The position numbers were made by a program, and so were the translations under genes. From positions 1 through 64,000 of the IMG/VR virus record IMGVR_UViG_3300025929_000012: a stretch of 64,000 nucleotides of DNA. One strand, 5' to 3'. Source of the DNA: a virus. The notes below the pieces were generated by a model, which did not search any database, was not told the DNA's origin, and was given only the letters and a program-made list of their open reading frames with translations. Numbering within the stretch: the stretch's first letter is position 1; the number at the start of each line of letters is the position of its first letter. This document shows positions 57,352 through 64,000 of this stretch, piece after piece.

Positions 57352-57944
57352 ATGACACTTCACGATGAGCTAACAACCGAGGTCCGCCGTATCAACTGGG
57401 GCTGGTTCGGGGAGCCATGGCCGTCAGGCATCTGCTACGGCGACGACGGCCGGCTGCTGGAGGAGATGCGCAAGCCGTTCCCCGCAGGTGAGAACTGCCT
57501 GTACTGCGATGAGCCGTTCGACGAGGCCGCCGGTGATTCCGGGCAGGCGAGACCGCTCACCGGGCCGTCCGGCCGGTCAGAGATCCGCCATGTCCACAAG
57601 GAGTGCGGGCTCCGTGAGGTGACCGGTTCGGTTGCCTGCCTTGAAGGCCACCACCGGCACGACACGGGGCAGTCCCGGCGGCAGGAGGCGCTTGCAGCAT
57701 GGGCGTGGGTTCAGGAGCACGGGACGGCGGGCGGATGACCGGCGACACGGCGGCGCAGACTGAATCGCGGTCCGTGCCCGCCTTCCTGGTGCGGAACGTG
57801 CAGGAGCTAGCCTTCAGGATCGCGCAGGACCCGTACGCATGGCAGGTGGCCAGCGACCTGCGCAAGCTCGGGCTTGAGGTAGCGCTCCAGGTCCAGCCGC
57901 TCAGAAGCCCCGGCTCCACAGGAAGCGGAGCTGTTTCGCCGTGA
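57352..57944 (+). CDS. Two-ORF antisense cassette (57352-57738, 57735-57944)
   Basis: TACGGT-6nt-ATG; WFGEPW..CLYC.E..H.EC.LR. Confidence 0.65.
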
Positions 57945-58399
57945 ACCGTGACGGCACGGGGTGATGCAGCCGGTAAAGCGCCTTCAGTTCCTCTTCGGAC
58001 AGGCGATGCTGACGCGGGGGGCGGTCGTAGACGGTGACGCCGTCACTAGTCACGCTCGGGTGGCCGGAGGCCCGCAGGTTGGCGTACAAGACCGGAGCCC
58101 TGGTTGCGACCCCGCCCTCTTCGGCAAGGTTCTCCATGCTCTCAGCAAGCGACGCCTCGCCGCCATCCTTAAGCAGCCGGTCAGCGTACGCCTGAAGGTA
58201 GCGGGGGTGGTTGTCTAGCAGCGGCTGGGAGAGGTACAGCGCCTGCCCGCCCCTGGGATGCCTTAGGTCCAGGCCCTCGGGTAAGTGCTGGTAGCGCGCG
58301 TACATCTAAAATCTGGTCGACAACTACACTGCCGACCAGATCGCCGCTACCAACGATTTCCTTCAGGGCATCGATGCGCTCGCCAAAGGTGGAAGCCAT
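57901..58399 (-). CDS. HK97-gp10-like neck protein, frame broken near 58303-58312
   Basis: GSVVVDQ then YARYQH..EGL.L.HPRGGQA.YL..APV..LR.S in the +1 frame. Confidence 0.65.
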
Positions 58400-58667
58400 G
58401 ACCCCCTATCACCTCCCCTCAGCGACTGAGGCGAGCCGCGCGGACGCGGCGCTGGCCGTGATCTTCAGCAACCCGTGCGCCTGCCCGGAACGCCACGCGG
58501 GCAGCCCGGACGGCGCTTGTGGGCTCCGGGCTGCGAATACGATCAGTCACGCCGGAGCGGACCTCGCGGTGTGCATCCCCTGCGTGCGGTGCCTGCTTGA
58601 CGTAGAATTCGCGGTACCCCCGGGGCGCGCAAGCGGGTCAGCGAGCAGGCGCCTGCGGACTGGCTAG
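58398..58667 (+). CDS. Zn-binding protein (antisense cassette)
   Basis: AAAGGT-7nt-ATG; CAC..H..C..CIPC. Confidence 0.5.
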   Translation: MTPYHLPSATEASRADAALAVIFSNPCACPERHAGSPDGACGLRAANTISHAGADLAVCIPCVRCLLDVEFAVPPGRASGSASRRLRTG

Positions 58668-58766
58668 GGACCGTGATACTGCGCGGGGCACGAGCCTGCT
58701 CGATCGGCAGGCCGGTGCGGCGCAAGTCACGGGAACGGCCCCGGGGGGATCACAGGACGGGTGCGC

Positions 58767-59120
58767 TCACGGCGGGAAGCCGAGCCGCCGCATCGTGTCG
58801 GCCGCCTCGGGCAGCTTCATGCTCAGACCGTTCGGGGTGCTGGACCATCCGGGGTAGGCAGCCGAGTAGTCCCGGTCCAGCTGCACCGCTTCCTTCTCCA
58901 GGGCATCCCCGTACTCGGCCTGCGTGATGACGCCCTTGCTGACCAGCAGCCCGGTCAGCGCGGTCACCTCGGCGCGGAGCAGGATGGTGACCTCACGGTG
59001 ATCACGGACGGCCTTCGACTCCCCGTCGCTGTCGGGGCGGGTGCCGAGCTGCCAGCCGGTGAAGAACTTCCGCCACTTGGCCAGCTTCTCCAGCGCCGCC
59101 ATCAGGCTCTCGTCACTCAT
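58767..59120 (-). CDS. Conserved hypothetical phage protein
   Basis: KLAKWR..GWQLGTR..D.E..AVRDHRE.TILLRAE. Confidence 0.7.
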   Translation of the reverse strand: MSDESLMAALEKLAKWRKFFTGWQLGTRPDSDGESKAVRDHREVTILLRAEVTALTGLLVSKGVITQAEYGDALEKEAVQLDRDYSAAYPGWSSTPNGLSMKLPEAADTMRRLGFPP

Positions 59121-59162
59121 GGTGAGTCACCGTATCGCCTGCGCTGAGGCGATGACGGCCAT

Positions 59163-59672
59163 TCACCGCCACCCGTCAGCGAGCCGTGAACCCGGTGCCC
59201 CGGCTGGCATGATGCCGCCCCGGCCGTCGGGTTCGGTGCCGCTGTCTTCCCAGGTGAAGATCCTCGGCAGCCGGTTGACGACCTTCCCTGGACGGTCAAC
59301 GGGGTCAGCGGGGCCGGTGGGCGCGACGTCGATCCTTCCCGCCGCCACGTCCTTGAGCGTCGAGATGGCGTCAAGATAACCCAGGTAGACCGGGTCCATT
59401 GGCGAAAGGTCTTTGCCTTTCCTGTACGTTAGCGTTCCGTAAAACGTGCCGATCTGGATGGTGCACGTTTTTACGAGGTCGGGGACCGTCACCGTGGGGT
59501 TGGCGGCATCCACGGCGTAACTCGTGCCGACGTAACTCGAAACCTTGGCGCTGGCCTGGGCGATCGCCGCCGAGAGCTGGTCATCGCCGAGCTGCGCGCA
59601 AGTCCCGGTTCCGGCGTCGGTACCTGCGACGTTGGCCCGGATGTCGCTTGGCAGACAATACATGGCGGCCAT
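59163..59672 (-). CDS. Head-tail adaptor (Mu gp36/DUF1320-like)
   Basis: YC..DI..AI..AS..V.SY..Y..P..V..I..Y.DA..L..VA.G. Confidence 0.75.
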   Translation of the reverse strand: MAAMYCLPSDIRANVAGTDAGTGTCAQLGDDQLSAAIAQASAKVSSYVGTSYAVDAANPTVTVPDLVKTCTIQIGTFYGTLTYRKGKDLSPMDPVYLGYLDAISTLKDVAAGRIDVAPTGPADPVDRPGKVVNRLPRIFTWEDSGTEPDGRGGIMPAGAPGSRLADGWR

Positions 59673-59851
59673 CAGGGCACCGGCCTCTCGCTCGCCTCAC
59701 GGCCGTCGAGGCTGTGGTGTACCAGCAGCCATCCGTCTGAGCCGTCAGCGAGCGCCACGAGCCGCGCCTGGGGCACGCAGGCGCATTCCTCGCTGACCTC
59801 ATGCTCAATCAGGTCGCCCAGGGGGATGACGTGGGCCTCGTTGCCGCTCAT
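59672..59851 (-). CDS. 59-aa hypothetical protein (absent from ORF track)
   Basis: HVIP.GDLIEH..C.C.P..GW..HHSLDGRE. Confidence 0.65.
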   Translation of the reverse strand: MSGNEAHVIPLGDLIEHEVSEECACVPQARLVALADGSDGWLLVHHSLDGREASERPVP

Positions 59852-59856
59852 GACCG

Positions 59857-60024
59857 TCAGGCCGGGTCGTCTGGTGCGCCGGCACAGCAGCAGCAGTCCC
59901 GGTCAGTGCAGCGGTCGCAGCGGCCACGCTTGCACGGGGGGCACACCCAGTCGCCGTCCAGGTCCGCGTCCGCCGGCTCCCCTGGGGCCGTCTCAGCGGC
60001 GGGAAGGCTGCCCTGCGCGGTCAC
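59857..60024 (-). CDS. 55-aa Cys-rich mini-protein
   Basis: CPPC..CDRC..CCCC; GTGA overlap. Confidence 0.5.
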   Translation of the reverse strand: MTAQGSLPAAETAPGEPADADLDGDWVCPPCKRGRCDRCTDRDCCCCAGAPDDPA

Positions 60025-60257
60025 GGCACGAGGTCCCCGTCGTCATCGCCGTCGTCCCCGGCCGGCTGCCGCGCTCCCAGGTCACGGAGGGCTGACATGA
60101 GCTCGGCGATGCCCTCCGCCACGCACCCCGGCAGCCCCGCCGCCTCAGCCGGGGTCATCCCCGAGATCAGCGCACTGGCCGCGTGGGCACGGGCGATGAA
60201 CGACGCCACCGGCTCCACGTCGGCGACAGTGACCTTGACGACGGCGTAACGGGCCAC
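60021..60257 (-). CDS. Hypothetical protein
   Basis: Operon packing. Confidence 0.5.
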   Translation of the reverse strand: MARYAVVKVTVADVEPVASFIARAHAASALISGMTPAEAAGLPGCVAEGIAELMSALRDLGARQPAGDDGDDDGDLVP

Positions 60258-60266
60258 GGCCAGCCC

Positions 60267-60731
60267 TTACCTGTCCTTCGCCGCGTCCGGGTCAACCGAG
60301 AAATCGGTCTTCGGGTCGGTGGCCTCCGGGGCGTTCCTCGGGTCCGCCGGGTCGGTGACCTCCACCCGGGACGCGCCGGGCGGGTCGGGGCGGGCGCCGA
60401 ACTGCTCAGCCTTAGGCCGCTCCCCGAACAGGTCTCGTGCCCGGATCGCCGCCGCCGGGTCGTTCTGGTCCTTCGCGGGGCGGATCACCGGGACACGGTG
60501 GCGGGTCAGGAACCCGCGGGCGGTGTCCTCGTCCAGGACGACTGTCTCGCCCTTGTGGACGATGTCGGCCATCTTCTCCCCGCTCTTGGGGTCCGTGATG
60601 GTCCTGCTGATCGACAGGTTCGTGAGGGCTTCCCACAGGCGCGTGGTGACCTTCGGCTTCGGGTCGGCCTCTGCGGTCGCCGGCCTGGCCTCGGGCGGCG
60701 CAGCGGGCTCTGCGGGCTTTGCTGGGGGCAT
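60267..60731 (-). CDS. Hypothetical head-region protein
   Basis: RBS GGAGG; V.KGE.V.L.E..A..F. Confidence 0.65.
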   Translation of the reverse strand: MPPAKPAEPAAPPEARPATAEADPKPKVTTRLWEALTNLSISRTITDPKSGEKMADIVHKGETVVLDEDTARGFLTRHRVPVIRPAKDQNDPAAAIRARDLFGERPKAEQFGARPDPPGASRVEVTDPADPRNAPEATDPKTDFSVDPDAAKDR

Positions 60732-60782
60732 GGGTGACGTACCTCCATGGCGGTAGGGGAAATGCCCGCCACGGAGGGCGGG

Positions 60783-62087
60783 TCAGGTCAGGGTGGGGAC
60801 GGGCTGGCTAAGGACCGGCTCTGGCGGCAGGAACGGCTTCCATGTGCCCTTGCCGAGCATGAACGCCGTGCCGCACATCGAGTGCTTGCCGCCAACCCCG
60901 TGGTTGCACGCGGCGCACGCTGGCAAGATGTTCGCCCACGCGTCCGTCCCGCCCTTGCACAGCGGGAAGTAGTGCTCAACTTCCTCGGATGGGGCACCGC
61001 AGTAGAAGCACGGGTCCCCGGTCATCTCGATGCACCGGGCCAGCGACAGCAGCCGCTCCAGGTCGGTCAGGCCCTCTTCGGCGCGCATCCGCCGGCGCAT
61101 CCTCGCCGCTGAGCGCAGGCCGGGGTTCTCACGCGCCCAGCGGCGCGCGTTCTCCCGGTGCTCCTCCACGTAGACCGCGCGGTACAGCCGGGCGTATTCG
61201 AGGCGCGCCGCCTGCGTGTCCCGGTAGTACTCGCGGTTGTACTCCTTGCGTGACGGCGACAGGTACCTGTGCTCGCGGCAGAAGCCGATCGCGTTGTCGG
61301 CGTTGATCGTCTTCCCGCATCCGCCCTTGGCGCACTTGCGGGCGTCCGGTGCCCAGTACTCGCCCCGGTGCTCGATGCAGCGGCCGAGGGTATTGGTCGT
61401 CGTCATGCGGTTATCGCAGCCGCCGACCGTGCACTCCGGCAGTTCCAGCGGGATATAGCGGTGCTCCGCAGTGCAGCGGCCGGTCATGTTGTCTGAGCGC
61501 AGCCGGTTGTAGCAGCCCTCCTGCGAGCACTCGGCGCGCTCATCGGGGCGCAGCCTTGTCAGCTCCCGCTGCCTTGCGTTCTCCCGGTCCTTGTACACCC
61601 GCATCAAGGGAGACTCCGCGAAGTGCTCCGGGCAGTAGCCGCACGTGTTGTCCACCCGGAGTTGCCGGTCGCAGCCCCGGGCGCTGGCGCAGAACCGGGC
61701 CGGAGCGCGGGCGGTCGCGTACTTGTGCTCCTCGCAGTACCCGCTCTGGTTGTCGCGCCGGACGGCCTTCCCGCAGTGGGCGCATGCGCCCATGCCCTCG
61801 CCGATGTAGCGGTGCTCCTGGCAGCGGCCGATGCTGTTGTTCCTGCGGAGGGGAGCGCCGCACTCGGTGCAGCCGGGGCGCGCTAGCCGTGCTGCCGCAC
61901 GGTCGGCCTTGCGCTTGGCCAGCTTCCGCAGGTGGGCTTCATGGGCCACGATCGCGGCGCGCACTTCCTGGCAGTCCGGGCAGCGGACCTGCTTAGTGGA
62001 TGCGCGGGCGAATGAGACCTGGCAATCTGCGCACGTGCCCGGCTTGAAGACTCGCGGAGACCTGCGCGCGGGGGTTATATCATGCAT
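60783..62087 (-). CDS. HNH endonuclease with tandem Zn-finger-like repeats
   Basis: C-term CFYCG..EH..P..GG..NI..AC..CN..K; six CxxC-x5-N-xx-G-x-C-x-EH units. Confidence 0.9.
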   Translation of the reverse strand: MHDITPARRSPRVFKPGTCADCQVSFARASTKQVRCPDCQEVRAAIVAHEAHLRKLAKRKADRAAARLARPGCTECGAPLRRNNSIGRCQEHRYIGEGMGACAHCGKAVRRDNQSGYCEEHKYATARAPARFCASARGCDRQLRVDNTCGYCPEHFAESPLMRVYKDRENARQRELTRLRPDERAECSQEGCYNRLRSDNMTGRCTAEHRYIPLELPECTVGGCDNRMTTTNTLGRCIEHRGEYWAPDARKCAKGGCGKTINADNAIGFCREHRYLSPSRKEYNREYYRDTQAARLEYARLYRAVYVEEHRENARRWARENPGLRSAARMRRRMRAEEGLTDLERLLSLARCIEMTGDPCFYCGAPSEEVEHYFPLCKGGTDAWANILPACAACNHGVGGKHSMCGTAFMLGKGTWKPFLPPEPVLSQPVPTLT

Positions 62088-62213
62088 GCGTGTTGCACCG
62101 CCGTAATCGGTGTGGCCACGTCCCGGTGCCTGTTAGCGCAGGTGCCGGGACCTTTACGTACACGAGTCTATCAGACTTTCTAAGCCCGATAACCGGCCCA
62201 TGCACGTGTTCGA

Positions 62214-63128
62214 TTATACCCCGCTGAGCAGCACAATTGCGCTTGGCTGATCTAGACCTACGGCTGACGCCCTTTGCACGTCGCTCCTCGAAGCCTTGCG
62301 GCTCTCATCCCGATAGAGCGGAGAAGCCTGGTACGGCAATTCGTCGGCAATGAAGCCGCACCTATTGCGCTGCATGATAATGGCATTCCCGGCCGGTATT
62401 TGCCTCGATACCATAACATCGAGGTTAAATATCCGATTGGGAAGCACCCCCGTATACTGTAGCGATTCCGATGCGATATCGCCAATATAGGGCGCGGCGA
62501 ATGAGGATGACTGAAGAAGGGTATTCTTCGTTCCGTGATTGATTATCATGGTGTCTGCCTCGAATCCGAGGAAAGACGAAAGGCCGGTGATCGGGCTTGC
62601 TATTGAGGCGTTTTCGATCAAATACACGCCATTGGCGATGTCCGCGCGGATGGTGGCGTTGCTTGACGCCCACGCGTTGGACACCGCCAGGGTCTGGATG
62701 CCCGCGTTAGCTACTACAGCGCTGTAGAAGGCCGCGTTCCACGAGTACACCATCGTGTTCTTGACCTGCGTCAACTGCCGCGTGACCGGGTCGACGGACT
62801 GCCGGCGCCGCATCTCGTCGGAGACCATGATGGCCATCGCCCGCTCATGCGAGAACACGACCCGGGGAATGCCGACGGACGTCGGGACGACAGGGACCTC
62901 GGCGAACTCAGCGCGGATTTCCGGCACGTCATCCGCATATAGCGGAGTGCTCTCGGAATAGCGGACGGCACCGGACTCGGCGAGGCCACCGGAGCGCAAG
63001 ACGGCGTCTACGATGAACTCGTTCTTCGTCATGTCGAGGATCAGCGCGGGGATCGTCAGGGGGTCCTTGAGGAGGGCATCAACGGTAATCCGCGGGCCGT
63101 CCATGCTGGTGTACGCGGGCGTGGGCAT
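62214..63128 (-). CDS. Major capsid protein
   Basis: 304 aa after decoration gene; ITVD.LL.DP..IP..AEF.E.P..DQP.A..L.G. Confidence 0.85.
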   Translation of the reverse strand: MPTPAYTSMDGPRITVDALLKDPLTIPALILDMTKNEFIVDAVLRSGGLAESGAVRYSESTPLYADDVPEIRAEFAEVPVVPTSVGIPRVVFSHERAMAIMVSDEMRRRQSVDPVTRQLTQVKNTMVYSWNAAFYSAVVANAGIQTLAVSNAWASSNATIRADIANGVYLIENASIASPITGLSSFLGFEADTMIINHGTKNTLLQSSSFAAPYIGDIASESLQYTGVLPNRIFNLDVMVSRQIPAGNAIIMQRNRCGFIADELPYQASPLYRDESRKASRSDVQRASAVGLDQPSAIVLLSGV

Positions 63129-63238
63129 GTCTGTGTCCTTCCGGGGTCGCTCAGTGCACCCGGCGCGGCAGGGCTGCCCAGGGCATGTCGTTCACGGGTG
63201 ATGGCCCCGGGGGAGTCAGCAGGGCGGGAAGGGGGCGG

Positions 63239-63697
63239 TTAACCGAAGATGCGGGCGCGGCCGACGGCGTTGGTGGCGACGACGACGCCGCCGGGCTGGG
63301 TGCAGCGCCCGACGATGGTCGCGGGGAGGGTGTCGGTGCCGGACACCCACGGGGTCACCTGGCCGTTCGCGGCGGCCTTCAGGAGGGTGCCGAACGCGCA
63401 GTTCGCGGCGAAGACGACGTGCATGTCCTCCCCGTGGTGGACGGAGACGTAGTCGCTGACCACGCTCACGTCCAGCAGCGGTGCCCCGCCGGCGAGGGTG
63501 TCGGTCGCGCCGGCCTGGGTGGGGATCGGGGCGGCGTCGTTCCCGGCGACGCCGAGCACGAGGATCGAGCCTGCGCCCGCGGTGGAGACCGTCGTGGCTG
63601 CAGCGCCGTCAGCGGCGACGAGGGTTCCGCCTGCGACGGCCGCGCTGACCTGGTAGGAATCGGGGCCGGACTTAAAATGCGGTAGCGAGCCGGGCAC
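63239..63697 (-). CDS. Capsid decoration/cement protein
   Basis: V.GG.LV..VLGVA..DA..G.LL.AAANG.V..IVGRC. Confidence 0.7.
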   Translation of the reverse strand: MPGSLPHFKSGPDSYQVSAAVAGGTLVAADGAAATTVSTAGAGSILVLGVAGNDAAPIPTQAGATDTLAGGAPLLDVSVVSDYVSVHHGEDMHVVFAANCAFGTLLKAAANGQVTPWVSGTDTLPATIVGRCTQPGGVVVATNAVGRARIFG

Positions 63698-63727
63698 TGT
63701 GAGTCACCATCCTGTTCGTGGGGCATG

Positions 63728-63750
63728 AAAAAACCCGCACGCGGCGGGTG
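63728..63750 (-). terminator. Intrinsic terminator after scaffold gene
   Basis: ACCCGC-CGCGT-GCGGGT followed by T-run and CATGCCC. Confidence 0.7.
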
Positions 63751-63774
63751 AGTGAACTGCGGGGGCGAGGCGGG

Positions 63775-64000
63775 CTAGATGCCAGTGCGGCGGCGGAACT
63801 CCGAGACGAGCGCGGCACGGTCCTGCGCGGCCTTCTCCTCCGCCTGGCGCTCCGCGTCCGCGCTGAAGTCCAGGGGGGTGCCGAGCTCGCCGGACAGGTC
63901 CAGCATCCTGACTGTCTGCCCGACCTCCTTCAGTACCTTCCGCACGATCGCCCCGGCGTCGATGGAGGAGCCGTTGGACAGTTCCACGACGTGGCCCTCA
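63775..64000 (-). CDS. C-terminus of capsid scaffolding/protease protein (truncated by window edge)
   Basis: Position upstream of decoration and MCP genes; VELSNG..DAG.I.RKVL..LDLS.ELG. Confidence 0.6.
   Translation of the reverse strand, partial: EGHVVELSNGSSIDAGAIVRKVLKEVGQTVRMLDLSGELGTPLDFSADAERQAEEKAAQDRAALVSEFRRRTGI

Larger units (their letters stand above)
1..64000. mobile_element. Temperate actinobacteriophage genome segment (siphovirus-like)
   Basis: Replication, integration, capsid, tail and lysis modules; tightly packed ORFs with ATGA/GTGA overlaps; actinobacterial families (DUF397, FxSxx-COOH, DUF6221); no housekeeping genes. Confidence 0.95.

Noticed and set aside
59672-59851. 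Suspected frameshift in small gene upstream of the adaptor
   Set aside because: On recount the frame is intact (59 aa); it was only below the ORF-track cutoff

Overview
The whole 64 kb window is part of a high-GC temperate tailed phage (siphovirus-like) of an actinomycete. No host chromosomal DNA is evident. From 1 to about 28.9 kb (mostly + strand) lie the early genes: a MazG-like fusion, a C5 DNA methyltransferase with a nested second ORF, a Rep protein with internal iterons, a DnaC-like loader, DnaB, VRR-NUC, an HD hydrolase and dozens of small accessory ORFs. This part also holds a tRNA-Ser(GCT)/attP-like locus next to a tyrosine integrase, repressor and excisionase. From about 29 to 64 kb (- strand) lies the virion and lysis operon: scaffold end, capsid decoration, major capsid, head-tail joining, major tail, frameshifted tail chaperone, tape measure, minor tails, lysin and holin. 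Most notable observations: (1) a stand-alone phage protein ending in a RHIM/BASS3-like amyloid signalling motif, a possible viral decoy of NLR amyloid signalling; (2) an orphan FxSxx-COOH RiPP precursor flanked by 16-bp direct repeats, next to an orphan DUF397; (3) nine + strand cassettes, each with a leaderless-type -10 box, interleaved antisense between the late genes, three sharing overlapping stop tetramers and one an overlapping start tetramer; (4) an HNH nuclease with a six-unit tandem zinc-finger-like array; (5) a non-phosphorylatable OmpR-type regulator among the tail genes. All product calls come from motif recognition by eye; no searches were run. Several single-base indels in homopolymer runs may be sequencing errors.
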